Made by a program: the position numbers and the translations under genes. The notes below the pieces were generated by a model, which made no database searches, was not told where the DNA came from, and saw only the letters and a list, made by a program, of their open reading frames with translations. This document shows positions 55,645-64,000 of a DNA stretch of 64,000 bases, piece by piece. The stretch spans positions 30,207 through 94,206 of the forward strand of contig JBNLCO010000010.1 of assembly GCA_050303855.1 (NCBI GenBank). Direction: 5' to 3'. Source of the stretch: Candidatus Pacearchaeota archaeon (GTDB lineage: Archaea > Nanobdellota > Nanobdellia > Pacearchaeales > GW2011-AR1). Within the stretch, counting starts at the first letter, position 1; each line of letters starts with the position of its first letter.

Positions 55645-56309
55645 GTCTTTTCAACCCAACTCCACCAACCTTCTTCTTCTGAACCAATTATAACATGATC
55701 TAAGACTTTTATTCCGAGAAGTTTTCCGGACTCTATGAGTTGTTTTGTAATTTCGAGATCTTCTTGACTTGGAGAAGGATTTCCGGAAGGATGATTGTGA
55801 ATTAGAATTATTTTTGCTGAAGAGTTTTTTATTGCTGGTTTGAAAACTTGTCTTGGGTCTAGAATTGCTGCGTCTAGGACTCCTTTTGATATTAGTTCTT
55901 CGTTTATTATGTTGTTTGCATTGTTTAGCATTAAAACATAGAAATTTTCTTGTTTTTCGTCTTTTAGTCTTTCTTTGAAGTGATTGTAAACATCTTTTGC
56001 TGAGGTTATCTTCTTTATTGGTGATTTTGAATCATTATATCTCTTTCCCAATTCTGAAACTGCAAGTATTTGCATTGCCTTTGTTTGGCCTATGCCTTTT
56101 ATATTCTGAAGTTCTTTTAGGGAGCAATCAAACAATTTTTCTAAGGTATATTCTTTTATCAATCTGTTGGACATATCTGTGACGTTTTCTCCAATTGTTC
56201 CGGTTCTTAGAATTATTGCAAGAAGTTCGGCTTCGCTTAGGGATTCTTTTCCATGATGTAAAAATTTCTCTCTTGGTTTTGAAGAATTAGGCATGTCTGC
56301 AATTTTCAT
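55641..56309 (-). CDS. radC: RadC-like JAB/MPN domain protein
   Basis: JAMM motif HNHPSGNPSPSQEDLEIT. N-terminal helix-hairpin-helix region. Confidence 0.75.
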   Translation of the reverse strand: MKIADMPNSSKPREKFLHHGKESLSEAELLAIILRTGTIGENVTDMSNRLIKEYTLEKLFDCSLKELQNIKGIGQTKAMQILAVSELGKRYNDSKSPIKKITSAKDVYNHFKERLKDEKQENFYVLMLNNANNIINEELISKGVLDAAILDPRQVFKPAIKNSSAKIILIHNHPSGNPSPSQEDLEITKQLIESGKLLGIKVLDHVIIGSEEEGWWSWVEKT

Positions 56310-56352
56310 TATTATTGAACTTGGGGAAAATTGTTTTTAATGATTATTGCTC

Positions 56353-59025
56353 TTAATTAAAACTATCCAAAAACTCACCATAGTCAAATTCATCGACTTT
56401 TTTTCCTTCGGATTTCTTTTTGATTTCATCCATGTAGACTTTATGCATTCTCTGTAGGAATTCCTGTTTGTCTTCCATTTTCATTAAATCCATGTGGCCT
56501 TGTAAGAGGAGATTTAGGGCGAATGGGCTTGGGAGTTTTACTGTGTGGTAGCTTAAGTTAAGCTTATTTTCTTTTATTAGATTTAGAACGAGCTTTGTAC
56601 GTTCTATATCCATCAGATCTTCCAAAACTTCTCTCTTTGCTTCTTTTAGAATCGGGAATTCTTTTGAGATTTTTTTGACGCTAGATATTAGGAAGTGTGA
56701 TTTCATGTGTTGTTTCTTTACAGACTTTGTATTTCCTTTGTAAGTTCTTAGAATCATTAAACCACGTGTAGCACAGTGTCTGAATTTTCTTGTTAGAACG
56801 TCTGTTTTTTCTATTGCTTCTTTCAAAATTTCTTCAACATTTTCTGGAGTTAATTTTTCAAATGCCTTTTCTATGTTTAGATTTTCTGAGCTTAGGTAGA
56901 AACCTCTATCAGAAATTCCTATTTCAACATCTCTCTTTGAAGTCTTTGATGAAGTTGACATAACAAAAGCAAGAGCTCTTGAGAGAGCGTCATTTACTCT
57001 ACGGCCATACATAGAATGCACTAAGATATATTTCTTATCATCACGTTCATCTGTATACTTTTCAATAACTAAATTTTTATCATCTGGGATTTCAGAGAAA
57101 TGATATTGTTGATAGAAATAAGTGTAAATTTCTTCTGCAACAGAATCTGAAACATAAGTGTGTTTCTTTATGAAATCCTTTACAGCTTTTTTGGTTGTTT
57201 TGGACTTTTGGAATAATTCTTTTATTTTTCTTCTAAATGAAGAGATTTCTAAAGCAGAATCAAAACTTAAAGGAAGAGTTTCAGAGAACCATGAAGGAAT
57301 TGTTGGGTTTCTTGTTGGAGCGGGATGAACGTAAAGATTCATACCTCTTGAATAAGAATAAGAGTATTTACTTCCTCCAAGAACAAAAACATCCCCTTTA
57401 TGCATTCTATTCATGAAAGACTCATCAATTACACCAATCTTTTGACCTTCTCCTCCACCAGCTAGTTTAACTGTTACGAAAGATTCTTCAGGTATTGTTC
57501 CAATATTTGTTAGATATAGAACTCTTGCCATTTTACCTCTCTTTCCAATTGTTCCTCCATCTGTTTCTGGATCATACCAAAGCTTTGCATAAACTCTATC
57601 TTTTTCCAAATCATATTCCCCAGAAAGGTAAGATATTACTGAAAAGAAGTCTTCTTTGGTTAGATCTTGATAACAATAACTTTTTCTTAATAGATTTAGT
57701 AGATCGTCTAATTTCCATGGATTGTTTATGGCCATACCAAATAATGTTTGAGATAGAACGTCTAAAGCATTTTTAGGGAAATGAATATTGTCTATTTTTC
57801 CTTCATACATTTCTTTTTGGATAACAGAACACTCTACTAAATCATCTCTATCCATAACAATAAATCTTCCTTTAGCAGTTTCATGAAGTTTATGTCCTGC
57901 TCTTCCTACTCTCTGGAGGGCACGGGAAGATGCTTTTGGACTCCCCATAAGAATTACCAAATCAATAAAACCAATATCAATCCCTAATTCTAAAGAAGTT
58001 GAACAAACAACCACCTTAAGCTTCCCTGAACGGAGATTTTCTTCAATTTCAAATCTATGACCTTTACTTAGTGAAGAGTGATGCGCTGCAATGTTTTCAT
58101 CTGTGTAATCGGTTGGGAATTTGTCTTTAAGATAGTTTACAACCCTTTCAGTTGCAGATCTTGTATTTGTGAAAATTAAAGTTGTTTTGTGTTCTCTTAC
58201 AAGTTCATCAATTAAATGATACATTTGTATGTGGGGGGTTCTTGATTTGATTAGATCTTTTGCGGGAATTAGTACGTCTAAGTCTAATTTCTTATTTGCT
58301 TTTACTTTTGCAATTTTTACTTTTCTTTTAGAATCTATACCTACAAGGAATTTTGCTACTTCTTCCAAAGGTTCAACTGTTGCACTTAAACCAATCTTTG
58401 TTGGAACTTTATTGGTGAGGTGATTAAGTCTTTCGAGACTTAAACTTAGGAAAACCCCTCTTTTGTTTCCTAAAGAGTGAATTTCATCAACAACACAATA
58501 TTCTACTTCAGTAAAAGATTCTACAAATTTCTTAGTTGTTAGAACAATTGCCAAAGATTCTGGAGTAGTTATTAGAATATGGGGAGGATTTCTTGCCATT
58601 TTGGCTTTTTCAGAAGTTGTTGTATCTCCCGTTCTTAATCCTACTCTAATGTCTTGGAGTTCAATGTCTTTTGATTTTGCTAATTCGTTGATTTCTTGTA
58701 ATGGCTCTATCAAGTTTTTGTGGATGTCATTGTTTAGAGCTTTTAATGGAGAAATGTAGACTGCATATACTTTCTTTTGTAGTTCTTTTTTTTCTGCTAA
58801 GGTTACTAAGTTATTTAGTATTGAGAGGAAAGCTGTAAGAGTCTTACCTCCTCCAGTTGGTGCTGAAATTAGAATATCTTCTTTATTATGGACTGCTGGA
58901 ACACCGAATTTCTGAGCATCTGAGAAATCTTTAAACTTTGAGAAGAACCATTCCCGAATAAGAGGGTGTAAAATTTTCTGTATTTCTGCCTTTGTTGAGG
59001 GCTTTGCTACTGAAACTTTTGTCAT
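56353..59025 (-). CDS. lhr: Lhr-like large ATP-dependent DEAD/DEAH-box helicase
   Basis: 890 aa. Motif I APTGGGKT. Motif II VVDEIHSL. Motif VI QRVGRAGH. A long C-terminal region as in the Lhr core. Confidence 0.75.
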   Translation of the reverse strand: MTKVSVAKPSTKAEIQKILHPLIREWFFSKFKDFSDAQKFGVPAVHNKEDILISAPTGGGKTLTAFLSILNNLVTLAEKKELQKKVYAVYISPLKALNNDIHKNLIEPLQEINELAKSKDIELQDIRVGLRTGDTTTSEKAKMARNPPHILITTPESLAIVLTTKKFVESFTEVEYCVVDEIHSLGNKRGVFLSLSLERLNHLTNKVPTKIGLSATVEPLEEVAKFLVGIDSKRKVKIAKVKANKKLDLDVLIPAKDLIKSRTPHIQMYHLIDELVREHKTTLIFTNTRSATERVVNYLKDKFPTDYTDENIAAHHSSLSKGHRFEIEENLRSGKLKVVVCSTSLELGIDIGFIDLVILMGSPKASSRALQRVGRAGHKLHETAKGRFIVMDRDDLVECSVIQKEMYEGKIDNIHFPKNALDVLSQTLFGMAINNPWKLDDLLNLLRKSYCYQDLTKEDFFSVISYLSGEYDLEKDRVYAKLWYDPETDGGTIGKRGKMARVLYLTNIGTIPEESFVTVKLAGGGEGQKIGVIDESFMNRMHKGDVFVLGGSKYSYSYSRGMNLYVHPAPTRNPTIPSWFSETLPLSFDSALEISSFRRKIKELFQKSKTTKKAVKDFIKKHTYVSDSVAEEIYTYFYQQYHFSEIPDDKNLVIEKYTDERDDKKYILVHSMYGRRVNDALSRALAFVMSTSSKTSKRDVEIGISDRGFYLSSENLNIEKAFEKLTPENVEEILKEAIEKTDVLTRKFRHCATRGLMILRTYKGNTKSVKKQHMKSHFLISSVKKISKEFPILKEAKREVLEDLMDIERTKLVLNLIKENKLNLSYHTVKLPSPFALNLLLQGHMDLMKMEDKQEFLQRMHKVYMDEIKKKSEGKKVDEFDYGEFLDSFN

Positions 59026-59113
59026 GATTGTGAACTGTAAGAAACCTCTGTAACCCTTAACTTATAATGATTAAGTGTAATTTTACAGGAGAAATAAGCA
59101 TATTTAAGGTTTT

Positions 59114-59440
59114 CTAGAAGGGAAGATCGTCCAGATCATCTAAATTATGGACAGCCACAATTTTTTTATGATTGATTGTTAAGGGCCCTTGAAGGTTCTT
59201 TTCTTTTGACAGATGAGCATCTCTTAAATTCTCCCCATAGTTTGACACTTTCAAAGGATCTTTTTGGTAGAACCCTTGGCCACTTTGAAAAACAGAATAC
59301 CCAGAGATAGTTTCATGATCTCCCAAAACCCAACCAAAAACAGCACTCCATAGTTTTTGTGGATAAATTTTCATATCTTTTCCAACATAAGTCATACCAT
59401 TTACGCAATCTATCGCAATCAGATTATCTGATTTTTTCAT
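59114..59440 (-). CDS. hypothetical protein
   Basis: 108-aa ORF. Confidence 0.3.
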   Translation of the reverse strand: MKKSDNLIAIDCVNGMTYVGKDMKIYPQKLWSAVFGWVLGDHETISGYSVFQSGQGFYQKDPLKVSNYGENLRDAHLSKEKNLQGPLTINHKKIVAVHNLDDLDDLPF

Positions 59441-59544
59441 GAAATCCTCTGTTTTCTGAACTTTAAAAGAATTGTTACATTCGAATGGGCTAAATTATAC
59501 TCCACAATAGCAATGCTTAAAAAACAGACGAGTCTTTTCATGAG

Positions 59545-60282
59545 ATGTTAATCAAATTAGATAATCCGGCTTTGCTTTCTAAGGCTATAGAGCTTATTTC
59601 TGAGCTGGTTTCAGAGGTGAGAATAAAGGTGAATGATTTTGGTCTTAGTATAAGTGCTATGGATCCTGCAAATGTTTCTATGGTTGGATTTAAATTACCT
59701 AGAAGTGCTTTTTCACAATTTGAATCAGGAGATGAGATTTTAGGAGTTAATTTAGATAATTTGAAAAGAATCTTGAAGAGATGTGGTAGCGGAGGTTCAG
59801 TAATAATACAAAAGAGAGAAAATCTTTTGGATATAACAATTATGGACAGAATAAAAAGAAGTTTTACACTAACACTTATTGAAATTGAATCGGATGATAT
59901 TGTTTTTGAAGATAAGATCTCAAGAATGGAATTCAGTTCTCATGTAAATATTCCTTCAGTTGATTTGATAAGTGCAATAGAAGATAGTCTTGTGGTCTCA
60001 GATGCTTGTTCTTTCTTGATACAAGATGGAAAGTTTGTTGTAGAAGCTAAAGGAATAAATTCTGCAAGAGCAGAATTCTCTGGAGACGAAGTTGAATTGA
60101 GAGGGGAGAATTGTAAGGCAAGATATAGTTTGGAATATTTACAGAAATTTATCAAAGGTTCAAAGTTGGTTGATAAAACTGGATTAAGTTTTGCTCAAGA
60201 TCATCCTTTGAAATTAGACATAAGAGCAGATCATATGGAAGTTTCTTTTATTCTTGCTCCAAGGGTTGAGACTGAAGATTGA
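59545..60282 (+). CDS. pcn: DNA polymerase sliding clamp PCNA
   Basis: 245 aa. The N-terminus and two-domain length match archaeal PCNA. It includes the NVSMVGFKL block. Confidence 0.8.
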   Translation: MLIKLDNPALLSKAIELISELVSEVRIKVNDFGLSISAMDPANVSMVGFKLPRSAFSQFESGDEILGVNLDNLKRILKRCGSGGSVIIQKRENLLDITIMDRIKRSFTLTLIEIESDDIVFEDKISRMEFSSHVNIPSVDLISAIEDSLVVSDACSFLIQDGKFVVEAKGINSARAEFSGDEVELRGENCKARYSLEYLQKFIKGSKLVDKTGLSFAQDHPLKLDIRADHMEVSFILAPRVETED

Positions 60283-60340
60283 ATTTAATTTTGGTAAAAT
60301 GTTTGCAAATATTTTTAAATCACTTTATCGTTAAAAAGCA

Positions 60341-61114
60341 ATGAGTTTGAAGAGAGGTGTTATGAATAATAGAGGTCAGGTTACTATTTTTATAATAATT
60401 GCAATATTAATTGTTGCTTTAGCTGTACTTGCCTATTTATTATTGCCGAGATTTAATAGTACAACAGAGGTTGGAAGTCAAACCCCTTCCCAATATATTA
60501 GTACTTGCTTAAGAGACGAGGTTGAGACAACGATTGATAAGATTTCTCTTCAAGGAGGAAGTGCAAGCCCTAATTTTGCTTACTTTTATCTTGGAAGTAA
60601 TGTAGAATATCATTGTTATACTAATCGGTATTATGACAATTGCATAATACAGCAACCATTATTGGTTCAACATATGGAATCTGAAATACTTAATGAAATT
60701 GGACCCTCTTATAATAATTGTTTCCAAAACCTTGTTACAAATTATAGGAATGAAGGGTATGAAGTAAATCTTCAAGAAGGTACATTAAAAGTAGAGTTTT
60801 TACCTGAAAGAGTTTTAATTAGTTCTGGAAACAAATTAACAATAACAAAAGGAGAATCTCAGAACTTCGAGAGATTTGATATTGTAATTGATAGCAATAT
60901 TTACCAGATAGTTTCTATTGCTCAAAGTATTGTTGAATGGGAACAAGTTTACGGGGATGCTCCTGTTTCAGAATATATGAACTGGTATCCAAATCTTAAA
61001 ATAGAGAAAAAACTTCAGTTGGACGGGACAACAATATATATAATAACTGATAGAGATACAAATGACGTATTCCAGTTTGCTTCAAGGAGTGTAGTATTGC
61101 CTCCAGGATACTAA
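60341..61114 (+). CDS. membrane-anchored extracytoplasmic hypothetical protein
   Basis: 257 aa with an N-terminal TM helix, Cys pairs and sequons. Confidence 0.4.
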   Translation: MSLKRGVMNNRGQVTIFIIIAILIVALAVLAYLLLPRFNSTTEVGSQTPSQYISTCLRDEVETTIDKISLQGGSASPNFAYFYLGSNVEYHCYTNRYYDNCIIQQPLLVQHMESEILNEIGPSYNNCFQNLVTNYRNEGYEVNLQEGTLKVEFLPERVLISSGNKLTITKGESQNFERFDIVIDSNIYQIVSIAQSIVEWEQVYGDAPVSEYMNWYPNLKIEKKLQLDGTTIYIITDRDTNDVFQFASRSVVLPPGY

Positions 61115-61120
61115 GTTAAG

Positions 61121-62881
61121 ATGAAAAAAAAGAGTTTGATAATTTTTGGATTGTTTTTCTTAATTGCAATTGGGGGATTTCAGATTGTTAATGCTCAAGA
61201 AGCAGGATTTTGTTGTGAAAGGTTAGCAAATAATGGGCCTTGGTGTCAATTAGTTACAGACCAATCAGATTGTGCAACAGGATTAAATCCTTTGACAGGA
61301 GACCAGTATAAGTCCTTGCCAACATCTTGCGAGCAGAGTTCATTTTGTACTGTGGGGACGTGTGTTAATCAAAGAGAGGGTACTTGTTTAGAAGGAGTTC
61401 CCCAACAAACCTGTAATACTGAGAACGGAGGGTATTGGGTTAATAGTCCAAAGAACGAAGTTCCTCAGTGTACTTTAGGATGTTGTATCCTTGGGAATAA
61501 TGCTTTTTTAGGAACATCTACACAGTGTACCTACCAATCAGGATTGTCTGGAATTCAGGCAGAATTTAACCCTTCAATTACGGATGAGGTTGCTTGTGTT
61601 GCAAATGTTTTAGATGATGTTGAGGGGGCTTGTGTCTATGAAAATGATTTGGGAACAAGAACTTGTCAGAGAATCACAAAAGGAGAGTGTGATTTGTTGG
61701 GAAGCGGAGAGTTTGCAGCTGGACAATTATGTTCTGCTCAGGATTTGAATACAATATGTGGGCCGAGTAAGCAAACATCATGTGAAGGTTATGATGTATA
61801 TTATTTAGATAGTTGCGGAAATAAAGCAAATATATATGATTCTAATCAATATAATAATCAAAGTTATTGGACATATATAGAAGATAATGCTCCTTGTGAC
61901 AATGGTCTAGGAAATAAAGATTCAAGAACATGCGGACAGTGTGAATATTACGCGGGAAGTATATGTGGTGTTGCTGATTCAACAAATCCTGTTTATGGAG
62001 ATCTTGTTTGTAAGAGTTTAGATTGTGGTTCTTATGATTCTAACGGAAATGGGAGAATAGATGGTGAAGAAGATAATTACAAACACGGTGAAAAATGGTG
62101 TGCTACTTTTTCTGATTTGAGTGATATAAATGTAGAAGGAAATAATTTATCTACAAAAGGAGATGTTTTTGATGAGAACTTGCCTGGATCAAGATACGTT
62201 CAATTAGAGTGTAGGAATGGAGAGGTTTTGGAAACTCCTTGTGACGGATATAGAAATACTGTTTGTGCTGAAGATTATTATGATTTGAATGAGAATGATA
62301 AGCAAGATTCAGGAGATTTCAGAACTGCGGAGTGTGTTGTTAACAAATGGCAGGATTGTGCGTTACAGTCAAGTGAATCAAGTTGCTTAGATCAAAACAA
62401 TAGGGATTGTCAGTGGATTTCTGGATTAAGCAGATTGAATGAAGATGGAGATTATTTTGCTAAAGACTCTTCAGGGCAACCTGGAACTTGTGTTCCAAGT
62501 TTTGCTCCAGGGTTTGATTTCTGGGATGATACAACTGACTCTGTTCCTGCTTGTGGTTTAGCAAGTACAGAATGTGCTGTAAAATATGAAGTTTCATGGA
62601 TAAGAAATAGGGAGAGGGCTTTAGCAGATAAGGAAATAGAAGAAAGAATAGGTTTGTGTACTGAGAATTGTTATTGTATACCTGGTTATGAAAAAGGAAT
62701 GGCAAAAAATAAATATGAGAGAGAAGATCATCCTTTTGACAGTTATGAGGAGTGGGTTGCTTCATTAAATTTGGTTTGTAGTGCTTTAGGAGATTGTGGA
62801 GATAAAGTAAACTTTATAGGAGAAAAAGGAGAACAAAGAGAGGATGTTATTGATTCGGGTAACTTCATAAAGAAAACTTAA
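61121..62881 (+). CDS. secreted Cys-rich protein
   Basis: 586 aa with a signal peptide, more than 50 Cys and many sequons. No TM anchor. Confidence 0.5.
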   Translation: MKKKSLIIFGLFFLIAIGGFQIVNAQEAGFCCERLANNGPWCQLVTDQSDCATGLNPLTGDQYKSLPTSCEQSSFCTVGTCVNQREGTCLEGVPQQTCNTENGGYWVNSPKNEVPQCTLGCCILGNNAFLGTSTQCTYQSGLSGIQAEFNPSITDEVACVANVLDDVEGACVYENDLGTRTCQRITKGECDLLGSGEFAAGQLCSAQDLNTICGPSKQTSCEGYDVYYLDSCGNKANIYDSNQYNNQSYWTYIEDNAPCDNGLGNKDSRTCGQCEYYAGSICGVADSTNPVYGDLVCKSLDCGSYDSNGNGRIDGEEDNYKHGEKWCATFSDLSDINVEGNNLSTKGDVFDENLPGSRYVQLECRNGEVLETPCDGYRNTVCAEDYYDLNENDKQDSGDFRTAECVVNKWQDCALQSSESSCLDQNNRDCQWISGLSRLNEDGDYFAKDSSGQPGTCVPSFAPGFDFWDDTTDSVPACGLASTECAVKYEVSWIRNRERALADKEIEERIGLCTENCYCIPGYEKGMAKNKYEREDHPFDSYEEWVASLNLVCSALGDCGDKVNFIGEKGEQREDVIDSGNFIKKT

Positions 62882-62882
62882 A

Positions 62883-64000
62883 ATGAAAAAAATAGGTGAA
62901 TCAAAAACAGAGAAAATGAAAGCTAAGGGGGTAGCTTTGACTCAAGTGTTTTTGTTAGTTTTAGGAATAATTGCAATAACTTGGATGGTAGGCTCTGAGG
63001 TTAAGATCGTTAGTGCTGTTGATTGTGCTGCAGCAGGAGGGGTTTGTGTAGATACAAGCACAGGTTTATGTTTGGGAGAGATATCTGGAACTGCAGGGTT
63101 GTGTGATTCAACCAATCTAAATGTAAAGTGTTGTACACCAGGAGATAACCCCTCTTTAGCAACTGAAGAGGATGCAAAGAAAGATTCCAATTTTGTAGAT
63201 AAAGCTTTTGAAGGAGCAGTATTATTTGGAGGTGCAAAGAAAGGTTATGATTATTTATTTAAAACTCCTGGAAAAGGAGATGCTGGAGAGGTTGTTACAG
63301 AAACTGCAAAAGAAATTGTAGATAAGGGTGCAACAGGAGATGGTTTCTTTAAATTTAAGATAGATAACCCTACAACGGTTCCTGATGGCCCCTATAGTGT
63401 TCCGGCAGATAAACCTTCAATATTACTTGGAGGAGGAAGTACAACAGGTACAATAGTTGCTATAACTGCTTGGAGTGCAGTTTCGTTCTTATTAGGAAGG
63501 TATGTTATAGGTCCTGCTTTGGGGTTGAACATTCAACAGTCACAAGGTTTAGGCTATTCTTTAGCTGCAGGAACTGCTACAACTTTAACCTTGACATCTG
63601 AGACTCTTGGTCTAGGGACAATTGTTGGGATTAGTGGTTTGGCCTCTTTAGGAATAGGTGTTGGTGTTGCATTTATCGTTTCGATATTTACAATAAAGAA
63701 TTCTTCAGCGGATGTAATTAGATTTAGTTGTTATGCTTGGGATGCGGAAGTGGGGGGAGAAAATTGTGAATTGTGTAATCAACAAGATATTGAATGTACA
63801 GAATATCAATGTCATAGTTTAGGACAGGGATGTGAAATTTCAGTGGATGAAATTTCAGGGCAACCTTTGTGTACGTGGGAGAACTCAAAAGATATTAAAG
63901 CTCCAACAATAACTCCAAGAGAAGATTCTCTTTTAGATGATAGTTATAGATATACTCCAGATAACTCAATATCACCTCCAGATACAGGAGTTAAAGTTCA
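62883..64000 (+). CDS. secreted/membrane Cys-rich protein (partial, runs off window end)
   Basis: Starts ATG at 62883 (MKKIGESK...). N-terminal TM/signal. Cys-rich. The frame appears open to the window end and is not in the supplied ORF table because no stop falls in the window. Confidence 0.4.
   Translation, partial: MKKIGESKTEKMKAKGVALTQVFLLVLGIIAITWMVGSEVKIVSAVDCAAAGGVCVDTSTGLCLGEISGTAGLCDSTNLNVKCCTPGDNPSLATEEDAKKDSNFVDKAFEGAVLFGGAKKGYDYLFKTPGKGDAGEVVTETAKEIVDKGATGDGFFKFKIDNPTTVPDGPYSVPADKPSILLGGGSTTGTIVAITAWSAVSFLLGRYVIGPALGLNIQQSQGLGYSLAAGTATTLTLTSETLGLGTIVGISGLASLGIGVGVAFIVSIFTIKNSSADVIRFSCYAWDAEVGGENCELCNQQDIECTEYQCHSLGQGCEISVDEISGQPLCTWENSKDIKAPTITPREDSLLDDSYRYTPDNSISPPDTGVKV

Noticed and set aside
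62942-63237. Two overlapping minus-strand ORFs (82 and 75 aa)
   Set aside because: They are antisense to a long open + strand frame encoding a signal-peptide-bearing, Cys-rich protein that continues to the window end.
1-64000. rRNA genes, a SRP RNA and additional tRNAs
   Set aside because: Scanning for T-loop (GTTCRANYC) and acceptor-stem patterns found only the tRNA-Phe and the tRNA-like fragment at about 27985. No rRNA-like conserved blocks were seen.

Overview
This window looks like a compact, AT-rich archaeal chromosome segment with DPANN-like gene content. That call rests on a form III RuBisCO, archaeal ribosomal proteins S19e/L39e/L31e, Cbf5, TrmY, PCNA, archaeal primase PriS, many small membrane proteins and tightly packed or overlapping genes. 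The core genes seen are cysS, class II lysS, rbcL (form III), PEP synthase, PCNA, PriS, Cbf5 and TrmY, RNase HI, tRNA-Phe(GAA), a probable RNase P RNA, and a cluster of five base-excision and nucleotide-sanitising genes (Ogg, Nth, MazG-like, DenV-like, AlkD-like). Two regions are accessory. The first, about 24.4-32.3 kb, is repeat-laden and visibly GC-richer. In it, single genes sit between long non-coding spacers built from a family of related repeats. The genes are a kinase, a degenerate polyprenyl-synthetase-like protein, a methyltransferase, an NTPase-SWIM fusion and two tandem small Gly/Ala-rich peptides. The repeats include a perfect 71-bp direct repeat, a perfect 77-bp repeat with a nested hairpin, and a tRNA T-arm/acceptor-like fragment. 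The region ends at a tyrosine recombinase followed by an Hjc-like nuclease. The arrangement resembles an integron-like cassette array or serial integrations. The second, about 46.0-55.7 kb, is a type I restriction-modification locus in which hsdR, hsdS and hsdM all sit on the + strand. They are separated by two co-directional gene blocks: small membrane proteins plus a ComEC-like metallo-beta-lactamase-fold protein, and membrane-anchored proteins, a zinc-ribbon protein and a DUF3800-like protein. RadC and an Lhr helicase follow, convergent. Large Cys-rich, sequon-rich secreted or surface proteins occur at both window ends and at 34-37 kb. A RelE/ParE toxin-antitoxin pair sits opposite a DUF1931 histone-fold gene across a palindromic promoter region. 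No CRISPR array or rRNA was seen.
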